Shown piece by piece: positions 49,556-57,139 of a DNA stretch of 58,645 bases (positions are counted from its first letter, which is position 1; each line of letters opens with the position of its first letter). Both the position numbers and the translations under genes were made by a program. The stretch comes from a virus (taxonomy: Duplodnaviria; Caudoviricetes), in the IMG/VR virus record IMGVR_UViG_3300012895_000001, positions 1-58,645 of that record. One strand, written 5' to 3'. The notes beneath the pieces are model-generated. The model saw nothing but the letters and a program-made list of their open reading frames with translations, made no database searches and was not told where the DNA came from.

Positions 49556-50307
49556 TGAACATCACACACAAATGGGAGCGGTTCATGGCGGTCGGCTGTT
49601 CGCACGGCAATCTGATAGATCCGAATGCGCGGTCGGCGGCGTTGGAATTCAAATCCCGGTTCAAGCCGAAGCGAATATTTCATTTGGGCGATTGGTGTGA
49701 CACGGCGGCGTTGCGGGCCGGGGCGAAAGGCACCAGTGATGAAGATGAGCCGGTTTCCCCGGACATTGACATCGGCCTCGAATTTCTTGAAGAACTTGGC
49801 GTGACGGATTGCCCAATGGGAAACCACGACGAACGGCCTTACCGATTCCTGAAACATCACAACGCCATCATCAGTGGGTTCGCCTCGCTTTTGGTTTATG
49901 GTGACGGGAAGAAGAAACTCGGCATCGAGGGCGAGATGAAGCGGTTGAAAATAAACTGGGTCAACACCTGGAGCATCCGCAACTGGATTTACGCCTACGA
50001 CATCAAATTCATGCACGGCTATATGTTCGGCCAGCAATGTGCGCGGGATCATGCTGAAGCGCACGGCAACGTCGTTTTTGCCCACGCGCACACGGCTGCC
50101 CAGCAGCAGGGCCGGCGCGACGACAACCCCTTCGGCATCTGCGTCGGCACCCTTGCCGGCATTGACAACATGGATTACGCCAAGAACCGTCGGCAGACGC
50201 ACGCATGGTCGGCGGGCATCGTCTATGGCGAAGGCTGCGTGAACAAACTCGGCTGGATTCAGCTTTTCAATAACGGCCAGAAAAAGGAATGGCGATTGCC
50301 TGTATGA
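49555..50307 (+). CDS. calcineurin-like metallophosphoesterase
   Basis: GCSHG, HLGDW.D, GNHD.R, FMHG, AHAH motifs. Confidence 0.85.
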   Translation: MNITHKWERFMAVGCSHGNLIDPNARSAALEFKSRFKPKRIFHLGDWCDTAALRAGAKGTSDEDEPVSPDIDIGLEFLEELGVTDCPMGNHDERPYRFLKHHNAIISGFASLLVYGDGKKKLGIEGEMKRLKINWVNTWSIRNWIYAYDIKFMHGYMFGQQCARDHAEAHGNVVFAHAHTAAQQQGRRDDNPFGICVGTLAGIDNMDYAKNRRQTHAWSAGIVYGEGCVNKLGWIQLFNNGQKKEWRLPV

Positions 50308-50531
50308 GCGCGCTGAACAAAACGGCGGCGAGGCTCGTTAGCGAACTTTTCCAAGAAAAGATTGTTGACGAAAAGGCGGAAACGGTCCGTGAAATAGCAA
50401 AAAAGAAAAATGCCAGCATTCGTCAGACATCAAGGCAAATTGAGCAATGGATTTCCACCGGGAAAATTGAAATGGTTTGGAAGCGTGGAACTATCCGGCT
50501 CGTGCCCGCCTACCGCATCAAAAAGCCATGA
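50304..50531 (+). CDS. small winged-helix protein
   Basis: TVREIAKK...I..GKIE. Confidence 0.55.
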   Translation: MSALNKTAARLVSELFQEKIVDEKAETVREIAKKKNASIRQTSRQIEQWISTGKIEMVWKRGTIRLVPAYRIKKP

Positions 50532-50779
50532 GCGCCGGCCGCAAACAGGTCAAGATCACCGCCGACCTAGTTGCGCGCACCCTGCACGCCCTGGACGAAT
50601 TGAACGTGCCTTACGTCGTCTTGATTGAAGGCATCCCGGCTTCATTCACGAACAGTTCGCGCCTGCACGCGGCGGCCATCGTGGAACAATCCTATCTGCT
50701 AGCCAACAAGATTCAAGAGATCGAGGTGGAAGCCGAGGCCGATAAACAGACGGCCATCCCGCGCAAGGATGAGTCGTGA
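50528..50779 (+). CDS. hypothetical protein
   Basis: ATGA-coupled ORF. Confidence 0.55.
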   Translation: MSAGRKQVKITADLVARTLHALDELNVPYVVLIEGIPASFTNSSRLHAAAIVEQSYLLANKIQEIEVEAEADKQTAIPRKDES

Positions 50780-50958
50780 ATTATCCGCTTGCATCCCGGC
50801 GCGATTGACTTAACTTCGTTTTTGTTGACGAAAGCACGAGCGGGCTTAGGCCGCTCCCCGAAGATTGACGTAAGGAGCAGAACTTTGATTCTGTGGTGGG
50901 TGGTGTAAATCCACTGTGACCGCCGGTGCCGTATAAACGCGGAGCCAAGTCAACAAAC

Positions 50959-51048
50959 GGAGCGGTGGCAGAGAGGCTGATAGCATCCGGCTCGAACCCG
51001 GATTTACCAGAAATGGTAACGGAGGTTCAAATCCTTCTCGCTCCGCCA
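50959..51048 (+). tRNA. tRNA-Ser(CGA)
   Basis: GGAGCGG acceptor, TCCGG-CTCGAAC-CCGGA anticodon arm, long variable arm, GGTTCAAATCC, encoded CCA. Confidence 0.85.
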
Positions 51049-51190
51049 ATTTTAGTGACGCCGGAAACGGTGGGAAGTTTTGAGAATGACAGCCAACGCA
51101 TCCGCCGCAAGGATGGAAGCTAGTGAGTGCCGAGAGGTTCATTGCGCTGTGTGGCTCCAAACAGCAATCCAGTGATTGCCGTCACTATTC

Positions 51191-51276
51191 GGAAGTTGTC
51201 CGGCTGGTCGAGGACACTCGTTTGAAGCGAGCAACGGGTAACACCGTCGGGGGTTCGAGTCCCTCAGCTTCCGCCA
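51191..51276 (+). tRNA. tRNA-Ser(TGA)
   Basis: GGAAGTT acceptor, CTCG-TTTGAAG-CGAG, long variable arm, GGTTCGAGTCC, encoded CCA. Confidence 0.75.
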
Positions 51277-51380
51277 ATTTAACTCATCCGCCATGTGTGG
51301 AAGGAGCTATGGTTCAGCTTCGGCTGGGCCGTCAATTCTTAAACGGGTTCTCGACAATGAAAGAATTGTCCTAGACCTAT

Positions 51381-51411
51381 GCCGCCGGAGTAAAATCCGG
51401 CGGCTTTATTT
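51381..51411 (+). terminator. rho-independent terminator
   Basis: GCCGCCGGA-gtaaaa-TCCGGCGGC followed by TTTATTT. Confidence 0.65.
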
Positions 51412-51439
51412 TCCATTTTGACTCCTTCGCATTTGAGCA

Positions 51440-51739
51440 ATGGCAACACCTTCGCGGCTTGAAAATTCTTCCAACCTCGTCCAAAAAACCATTGAAGAAA
51501 GAAGCAAGATTTACGGCGACCCGCGCCTGTCGCACGAAAACATCGGCCTCGCGTGGACGGGCATGATCCAGCAGCACTACGGCATCCGCCTCGACCATCC
51601 ATTGCCCGACTGGCTGGTGGAACTGATGATGGTGCAGTTCAAATGCCAGCGGTCGGCACGGGTTTATCATGGTGATAATTACGTTGACGCGCGTGCCTAC
51701 CTGCAATTCGCCGAGCAAGACCAGCAGACGGAGGCGTGA
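51440..51739 (+). CDS. DUF6378-like phage protein
   Basis: ER..IYGDP.....IG..W...MM..FK..R...H.DNYVD...Y. Confidence 0.75.
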   Translation: MATPSRLENSSNLVQKTIEERSKIYGDPRLSHENIGLAWTGMIQQHYGIRLDHPLPDWLVELMMVQFKCQRSARVYHGDNYVDARAYLQFAEQDQQTEA

Positions 51740-51757
51740 GGAAAGTTATTTGGAAAC

Positions 51758-52732
51758 TCACAACTGATCCAGCGGACTTTTCGCGTGATTCAGATTGACG
51801 CAATGAGTATAAATCATGGTCGTCGTAATATCCTTGTGGCCCAGCAGTGATTGAAGCATCTGCAAATTTCCACCGTTCTCCAAAAAATGCGTGGCAAAGC
51901 TATGGCGGAGAATGTGCGGATGAACCCGCTTGTTGATTTTGGCGCGCTGGCCGGCCAGCCGCAGGGCGGTTTGAAACCCATTCGGAAACAAGTGGTGCCG
52001 CCGCATCGCACCGTCATCCGCCAGGCAAATCTCGCGTGATGGGAAAACCCATTGCCATTTGAAATCCTTCGGCGCATTGGGATATTTTTTAGCCAGCGCA
52101 TCGGGCAACCAGACCGAGCCAAAACCATTCTTCAAATCATTTTCATGGATTGATTTTGTGTTGGCAACCCTAAGTTGCAAATCATCAATCAGGCTTTTTG
52201 GCATTGGCACCAGGCGGTCTTTTCCGCCTTTGCCGTCCTTGACGATCACCATTTTGTTCCCAAAATCCAGTTCCTTGACCCGCAGGCGAAGGAGTTCCAT
52301 TAAACGCAGGCCGGAACCGTAGCCCAGCTTCGCCAGCAAGAGCCAGTCGCCTTCAAGTTTTTTGAACAATTCAGAAAGCTCATCACGGGTCAGCCATTCG
52401 GGAATGTTCGGCTGCGTCTTGGCGCGTTCGGCCTTCACCTTGCCAAACTCTTTTTGCAGGACATGACGGAACAAAAACAGGAGTGCATTGAACGCCTGAT
52501 TTTGGGTCGAGGCCGAAACTTTCCTGTCAACCGCCAGATGCGTCAGGTATCTTTCAACCATCTTGCCATCCAGACAATCAGCCGTTCCGCAATCCGCCCA
52601 AGAAAAGAAATCAGCGCAAACATTTACATAGGCATAGACCGTGCTTTGAGCCATGTGCGCCGTCGCCATGATTTCCCGCAACCGTTTAATCAATGGCGAC
52701 TTCTGCTTAAATTGTTCAGCCGAGAATAACAC
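51758..52732 (-). CDS. intI: integron integrase
   Basis: VSASTQNQAFNALLF; YGSGLRL.E; KGGKDR; integron-specific insert HENDL..GFGSVWLP.AL.KKYP...W.WVFPS...RRHH; HILRHSFATH; LGH...TMIYTH. Confidence 0.95.
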   Translation of the reverse strand: MLFSAEQFKQKSPLIKRLREIMATAHMAQSTVYAYVNVCADFFSWADCGTADCLDGKMVERYLTHLAVDRKVSASTQNQAFNALLFLFRHVLQKEFGKVKAERAKTQPNIPEWLTRDELSELFKKLEGDWLLLAKLGYGSGLRLMELLRLRVKELDFGNKMVIVKDGKGGKDRLVPMPKSLIDDLQLRVANTKSIHENDLKNGFGSVWLPDALAKKYPNAPKDFKWQWVFPSREICLADDGAMRRHHLFPNGFQTALRLAGQRAKINKRVHPHILRHSFATHFLENGGNLQMLQSLLGHKDITTTMIYTHCVNLNHAKSPLDQL

Positions 52733-52740
52733 AATGTTTG

Positions 52741-52759
52741 TGTCTAATGATTGTTCAGT
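52741..52759 (+). other. attI site (L TGTCTAA, 5-bp spacer, R G|TTCAGT)
   Basis: Adjacent to the intI start; GTTCAGTGGCAC is the exact reverse complement of cassette 1's own R'' region. Confidence 0.7.
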
Positions 52760-53052
52760 GGCACTATTCTATGCCACGGCGTTCTCAGCTTTTCAGGATC
52801 ACCACCGAGCTTGGTAGCGATTTCCCGCATGAGGGGTTCACACATCTTCACAGCCTCTTGCTTGTGGATGTCGCACAGCCGCCACTGCATCACAGAGCCA
52901 TCGTCCATCAGTGCCGGAGATTGCCACTCTGCGTTTTCTTGGCATCTGTAGTCTCGGAAGTTGTATAGCCAGTCACACTGTGCCACTGAACCACTTGATG
53001 GAGTGGACACGGCGGGCGTCGTAGGCGATTTGATAACGTCAGGATTGTTCAT
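52744..53052 (-). CDS. cassette 1 ORF, Cys-containing hypothetical protein
   Basis: Start inside attC1, stop inside attI. Confidence 0.6.
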   Translation of the reverse strand: MNNPDVIKSPTTPAVSTPSSGSVAQCDWLYNFRDYRCQENAEWQSPALMDDGSVMQWRLCDIHKQEAVKMCEPLMREIATKLGGDPEKLRTPWHRIVPLNNH

Positions 53053-53087
53053 GGTCTTTGTTCGTGCCACTCATCGCGGCGTTCAGC
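52985..53087 (+). other. attC1
   Basis: ACTGAAC...GAT(G)GAGTGG / CCACTCATC...GTTCAGC. Confidence 0.85.
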
Positions 53088-53598
53088 TTCCGCCGCTCAC
53101 ACCCGCTGCGCTGGGGTGTGCCGGCTGGGTTACGCTTTTAGTTCCTGCCCGTTCATTCCAGTTAGAAATCGCGCGTTTAAGCGTAATGGCTCCAACAGAC
53201 ACCTCTGCCGGACATTCCATGTTCACACAAAATAGCTGCCAATAATCTGGCTCGATGCTTGTTTCCTTGGGTTGTGCGCCACAAAACGGGCAGGGCAACG
53301 CCTCAAGTCCAGCCGGACCGCTTTGGAAGCTGAACGTCTGAGCTATCAGCGCTGGCTTCATCTTCCGCTCATCGCTGGACGGCAGACTTGCCATTGGAGC
53401 GTTCTGGCTCTGCACGCTTTCAGGCTCGACAGGCGCGGCGGAAGCTGAACCCATCGCTGAAGGTGGACACCCGTGCCGGGCTTCGCTGCGCTCCGTCCCT
53501 GAATCAAGCACACCACCACGCACGATGTCGCCAAGTCTCTCCAAAAGTTCTTTTCTTCGTTTGCCTTTTTTCATATATGCTTGATTCAGGGATGCCAC
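53083..53598 (-). CDS. cassette 2 ORF with Lar-like (restriction alleviation) Zn finger; start uncertain
   Basis: LPCPFCG...C...C......AI..WN.RA. Confidence 0.65.
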   Translation of the reverse strand: MASLNQAYMKKGKRRKELLERLGDIVRGGVLDSGTERSEARHGCPPSAMGSASAAPVEPESVQSQNAPMASLPSSDERKMKPALIAQTFSFQSGPAGLEALPCPFCGAQPKETSIEPDYWQLFCVNMECPAEVSVGAITLKRAISNWNERAGTKSVTQPAHPSAAGVSGGS

Positions 53599-53616
53599 TT
53601 AGCTCAGACGTTAGGG
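53444..53616 (+). other. attC2 (long, 173 bp)
   Basis: GCTGAAC...GCTGAAGGTGG / CCACTTAGC...GTTAGGG; inner 15-bp inverted repeat TCCCTGAATCAAGCA. Confidence 0.75.
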
Positions 53617-53642
53617 CACTTAGTCTCCTCGTGCCGTTGCGT

Positions 53643-53894
53643 TCACGGTTCGATTGTGTTTGGGAATGGAATCGGACCACCTTTGCCTTCCATTGCAGCC
53701 TTGATGTCATCGGCGTGCAGACACTCACGCAGGTCTGGGCATCGGTCGTTGTTGGACGGGATTGCGATTTTCCCGTTACACATATCGTTGCCGGGAGTTG
53801 CATCGTAGAGGATTCCCGCCACTGGCGGCCCATACGATGGGATCAATACCACCTTGTCACCGTTCCTTGCTTCTCTGCCGTTCTTGTAGTGCAT
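53643..53894 (-). CDS. cassette 3 ORF, phage-type hypothetical protein
   Basis: MHYKNGREA.NGD.V...G...CNG...CLHADD. Confidence 0.75.
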   Translation of the reverse strand: MHYKNGREARNGDKVVLIPSYGPPVAGILYDATPGNDMCNGKIAIPSNNDRCPDLRECLHADDIKAAMEGKGGPIPFPNTIEP

Positions 53895-53924
53895 GTTATT
53901 TTGTTTTTGTTGTTATCCGCCGTG

Positions 53925-54016
53925 CCCTAACCAGTCAGTTGAGCGAAAGCGACGGGCGACCGCCTTCGCAAATTCAACGCTTATTGTCCGCCGCTCCGCT
54001 CACTTCCGCGTTCGTG
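53925..54016 (+). other. attC3
   Basis: CCCTAAC...AGT(T)GAGCG / CGCTCACT...GTTCGTG. Confidence 0.85.
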
Positions 54017-54153
54017 GACTTCGCCCATCGAGCTTTCGCGGCGGCACTGGCCGCTTGTTTGCGCTCGGCTTTGGACATTCCAGCCCATCGTGATTTTCCG
54101 CCCTTCACTTGGTTTTGTGCCTTGAAGGTATGGCCGCATTTTGGGCATTTCAT
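53974..54153 (-). CDS. cassette 4 gene 2: CPKCGH Zn knuckle plus basic 'GG.SRW...AAKARW' protein
   Basis: ATGA-coupled to the upstream gene; stop inside attC3. Confidence 0.65.
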   Translation of the reverse strand: MKCPKCGHTFKAQNQVKGGKSRWAGMSKAERKQAASAAAKARWAKSTNAEVSGAADNKR

Positions 54154-54437
54154 GCGAGCCTCGCTTTCTCCCGTTCGACCACCGTTTTTTGCAGCGTCGA
54201 GACATTGGGATGTTTCATCCAGATTGCGACCCGGCACGCCACGGTTGCCCGCTGGCTGTAGTCGCCCGTTTGCCAGAGGTAGCGCAGGCCTCGCACGGCT
54301 TGATCGCGCAGGATTTGCCGCACTTTGGCATCGTCCGCTTCTGGGTGTTTCGATGTTCTCCACTCGGCGAAGATGCGAGCGCAGCAGTCGGCGAGGGCGT
54401 AGGATTCCATGAATGGCATTGGTATTTGTTGTTTCAT
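54150..54437 (-). CDS. cassette 4 gene 1, hypothetical protein
   Basis: Starts 8 nt below the -10 box. Confidence 0.65.
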   Translation of the reverse strand: MKQQIPMPFMESYALADCCARIFAEWRTSKHPEADDAKVRQILRDQAVRGLRYLWQTGDYSQRATVACRVAIWMKHPNVSTLQKTVVEREKARLA

Positions 54438-54445
54438 ACGCCACC

Positions 54446-54474
54446 ATCTTATGCGAGCTAGCTCGCATTGTCAA
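54446..54474 (-). promoter_or_regulatory. cassette-internal promoter TTGACA-17-TAAGAT with perfect 18-bp palindrome ATGCGAGCTAGCTCGCAT
   Basis: Directly visible. Confidence 0.8.
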
Positions 54475-54498
54475 GCGGTTATTTTTATTCGACCAGTC

Positions 54499-54606
54499 CC
54501 CGAACCATGCGCTGATGCAGACCACCGGCCACGCTGCCCGTGAATCGGTAACGTCCCTTGCGCTCGTGAGTTGGTCGGTCGGTGGCTGCATAGCTATTCG
54601 TTCGGC
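54499..54606 (+). other. attC4
   Basis: CCCGAAC...GCT(G)ATGCAG(A)CCACCG / CGGTGGCTGCATAGC...GTTCGGC. Confidence 0.9.
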
Positions 54607-55157
54607 TTCATGAACACCATCCAATGCGTCTTGGCCGTTTTGCCACACCGTTGCCCCACGAGCGGACGCTCGGGAGTGAGTGCCAGTATTTGTGAGACTG
54701 GCACTTCGTGTTCGTTCCATTTGAAAATCAGAGTCCCTTCCGGCCGCAGCACGCGGAAGCATTCAGCGAAGCCGAGGCGCAGCATCTCTTTCCAGTCGCC
54801 TTCGAGCTTGCCGTATTTCTTGGCCTGCCATCCCTTCTTGCCGGCCCGCACCAGATGCGGCGGGTCGAACACCACGAGCGCGAAACGGTTGTCAGGCCAC
54901 GGCAGGTTCGTGAAGTCGGCGATGACATCGGGATTCACTTCGAGCGTCCTACTTCCGCCACGACTCGACACGTCCGTCAGCACATGGGTTTCGCGCCGCT
55001 TGTCCGCGAAGATTGCGCGGGAGTCTTTCCGGTCGAACCAGAACATCCGAGAGCCGCAGCACACGTCCACGACAGAAGCCGAACCAGTCGCTGCACGCTC
55101 AATGACTACCGCGTTGACGGTTTCAGGCGAGGCGGACGCTGTTGGCGCGGTAGTCAT
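54594..55157 (-). CDS. cassette 5 ORF: phage SAM-dependent methyltransferase
   Basis: DVCCGSRMFWFD, VVFDPPH, ECFRVL.P.GTLIFKW; start in attC5, stop in attC4. Confidence 0.85.
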   Translation of the reverse strand: MTTAPTASASPETVNAVVIERAATGSASVVDVCCGSRMFWFDRKDSRAIFADKRRETHVLTDVSSRGGSRTLEVNPDVIADFTNLPWPDNRFALVVFDPPHLVRAGKKGWQAKKYGKLEGDWKEMLRLGFAECFRVLRPEGTLIFKWNEHEVPVSQILALTPERPLVGQRCGKTAKTHWMVFMKPNE

Positions 55158-55178
55158 GGCGTGAGCTTCACGTTAGAG
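55078..55178 (+). other. attC5
   Basis: GCCGAAC...GCT(G)CACGC..ATGACTACCGCG / CGCGGTAGTCAT.GCGTGAGC...GTTAGAG. Confidence 0.9.
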
Positions 55179-55360
55179 GCTTGCAGACGTTCCGCACGGT
55201 TCACTTCGCACAGGATGTCCGAGATGGGGTCTTTGTGCTTTTTGGATTTGCAGATTTTTCCAATCATCTCAAGTGCATTTGAGAGGACAGTGATTTTGCG
55301 CCACGCCCGAAGGAGTGATTTGTTCTTGGCTTCGATTATTTGCTTTTTTGTTGCTTTCAT
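55154..55360 (-). CDS. cassette 6 ORF, basic hypothetical protein
   Basis: Stop overlaps the methyltransferase ATG inside attC5. Confidence 0.6.
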   Translation of the reverse strand: MKATKKQIIEAKNKSLLRAWRKITVLSNALEMIGKICKSKKHKDPISDILCEVNRAERLQASNVKLTP

Positions 55361-55384
55361 GTTTTTAGTGTTGTTGATGTTCGC

Positions 55385-55491
55385 CTCTAACCAGTCATCG
55401 CAGACCAACCGCGAGCGGCGCTGCTGGTCAATCGGTAACGTCTGGTGCGCTCGGTCATCATGGTTCGCGGTGGCTGGATTCCACGTTGGGT
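55385..55491 (+). other. attC6
   Basis: CTCTAAC...ATC(G)CAG(A)CCA(A)CCGCGA / TCGCGGTGGCTGGAT...GTTGGGT. Confidence 0.9.
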
Positions 55492-55781
55492 GCTTCAGTA
55501 TTTGACCGCCACTCCTTCCATATTTTTAGTCGCGTTTCCACGTTTTTAAGCTGTCCCCAAGCGCCGTCAATCTCCTCGTCGGTTATTCTTGCGGCCTCTC
55601 TGGCCGCCCTATCGGCCACCACGGCGGCTTGGTGTCTGGCTTTGGCTCGGTCGAGTTCTACGTTTAGACCAACAAGCGTATCACCATTCGGACTTTTGCT
55701 GTTGATGTGGCACTCCGTGCAGACCTGTTCTCCGTTCACGACGAATGCGCCGTGACGCTCTGGATGTTTTTTACAGTTCAT
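55458..55781 (-). CDS. cassette 7 ORF, Zn finger plus coiled coil
   Basis: C..H...CTECH; stop inside attC6. Confidence 0.6.
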   Translation of the reverse strand: MNCKKHPERHGAFVVNGEQVCTECHINSKSPNGDTLVGLNVELDRAKARHQAAVVADRAAREAARITDEEIDGAWGQLKNVETRLKIWKEWRSNTEAPNVESSHREP

Positions 55782-55800
55782 ATTTTTTGCATTTAATCGC

Positions 55801-55899
55801 ACCCAACCAATCACCGAAGCGGACGGCCTTGGGCGCATTTAGTCCGCTCTCGCGGGTGACGCGCCTTGTGGCCGTCCGCCGCTTGGTTCTGCGTTAAAT
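55801..55899 (+). other. attC7 (distal end of the array)
   Basis: ACCCAAC...ACC(G)AAGCGG / CCGCTTGGT...GTTAAAT. Confidence 0.85.
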
Positions 55900-55908
55900 A
55901 ACTGCGCC

Positions 55909-55938
55909 TATAAAAACACAATGAATCAATAGTGTCAA
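55909..55938 (-). promoter_or_regulatory. candidate leftward promoter (TTGACA -35, weak -10) reading into the array
   Basis: Minus strand TTGACA-ctattgattcattgtgt-TTTTAT. Confidence 0.45.
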
Positions 55939-55979
55939 GCGTAATTATTTTGCGACTCAAAGACGCCCGCGCTTGCGTG

Positions 55980-57086
55980 TCACAGCTTTCTCACCGCCGC
56001 ATTCAAATCTTCCATCCGCCCGTGCAGGTAGGTTTTCAGCATCATTTTCCCGCCATCTTTATCGCCACGCAGCAGGGCCACCATCGCTGGCGGAATGTTC
56101 TTGGCCAGCGCGCGGGTCGTGAACAAGTGCCGGAAATCACTCGGCGTCATCGTTGGAATCTTGGCATCCTCGCACGCCCCCGCCAGCGCCCGCCTCGGGC
56201 TTTTGATAGGCACCAGCGGCGAGCGTCCGCCGGGATGAGATTTCAACAATTCCTTCACCACCACGCGCATCTGAAACGCCATCGGCAGTTCATCGGCTTC
56301 CTTGTCATGCTTGATGGCCCGCCAGCGGATTGTATTGCGCTCCAGGTTCACGTCCACTGGCAAGATGGACCGGATGGAATGTGGCCGCTTGCCGGAATAG
56401 GCCAGCGCCCGGATGAACCAATAGGCCCGCCGCCGCGTCGGGTCGCGCCGCAGATGCCTCAACAGTTGCGCCAATTGTTTCTCTGACGGCATCTGGCGCT
56501 CCTTTTTGGGTAAAGCCAGCCGTTTGACCTTCAAAGCGGGATTCGTCGCCGCCAAGCCTAATTCAATCGCCAGATTCAATATCCCGCGCAACGTCTCAAG
56601 GCAGCCATTGAACCGGCCGGGATAATAACCCGCGCGCCAAAACTTGACCGCCCACTCCTTGCAATCCGCCTCGGTGATGTTATTCGCCCGCATCGAATCC
56701 AGATCCGGCCACGTCTTGCGGAGCATCCTTAACGTGTCCAGCCGATATTCTTTGGCGCGCGGCTTGCGCGGCACGCCATCGCGCTTGCAATTAGTGTCCG
56801 CCTTCACCTTCTTCGCCCAGGCATCGGCAACCTGCTTGAAAGCGTAATCGTCCACGTTCGGGCGCCCCGACGTAGCCTTGCGCATCTCCCGCGTTTTCCT
56901 CAAAAGCTCATCCAGCCGCAGCTTGGCGATCTCCGACGACTTCGTTTGGAGGCTTTTTTTGAGTTGCTGACCGCAAACCATCGCCCCGCAAAAGTAGGTG
57001 CCGGAGATGCGGTCGCGGTAAAGATTGGCGAACTTGGTCTTTTGCAGCCTTTTCTTAATGTAAGACGACGATGTAAGAATCTCCAT
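55980..57086 (-). CDS. int: phage integrase (tyrosine recombinase)
   Basis: AYSGKR, K, DFRH, RGD...KTYLH; arm-binding N-terminus; adjacent to attP. Confidence 0.85.
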   Translation of the reverse strand: MEILTSSSYIKKRLQKTKFANLYRDRISGTYFCGAMVCGQQLKKSLQTKSSEIAKLRLDELLRKTREMRKATSGRPNVDDYAFKQVADAWAKKVKADTNCKRDGVPRKPRAKEYRLDTLRMLRKTWPDLDSMRANNITEADCKEWAVKFWRAGYYPGRFNGCLETLRGILNLAIELGLAATNPALKVKRLALPKKERQMPSEKQLAQLLRHLRRDPTRRRAYWFIRALAYSGKRPHSIRSILPVDVNLERNTIRWRAIKHDKEADELPMAFQMRVVVKELLKSHPGGRSPLVPIKSPRRALAGACEDAKIPTMTPSDFRHLFTTRALAKNIPPAMVALLRGDKDGGKMMLKTYLHGRMEDLNAAVRKL

Positions 57087-57092
57087 AAAAGT

Positions 57093-57139
57093 GAGCCAGT
57101 TGTCGGGATTGAACCGACGACCGACGGTTTACGAAACCG
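57093..57139 (-). other. attP core: 3' half of tRNA-Thr(CGT)
   Basis: Minus strand CGGT-TTCGTAA-ACCG, GTCGG-TTCAATC-CCGAC, acceptor strand; no 5' half. Confidence 0.8.

Larger units (their letters stand above)
52754..55893 (+). mobile_element. array of 7 integron cassettes (52754-53081, 53082-53610, 53611-54010, 54011-54600, 54601-55172, 55173-55485, 55486-55893)
   Basis: Each cassette start is complementary (9-16 bp) to the R'' region of its own attC. Confidence 0.9.

Noticed and set aside
51191-51276. Suppressor or selenocysteine tRNA implying stop-codon recoding
   Set aside because: The anticodon is TGA, which reads UCA (Ser), not TCA; genes translate normally with the standard code.
53974-54762. 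Single 262-aa ORF spanning attC4
   Set aside because: It runs through a promoter and two better ORFs; only the last 59 codons look genuine.
52738-55755. Plus-strand (canonical orientation) cassette ORFs such as 53762-54412 and 54708-55505
   Set aside because: They cross cassette boundaries and lack motifs, whereas the minus-strand ORFs carry recognisable domains.
57093-57139. Functional tRNA-Thr gene
   Set aside because: The 5' half is absent; better explained as the attP core.
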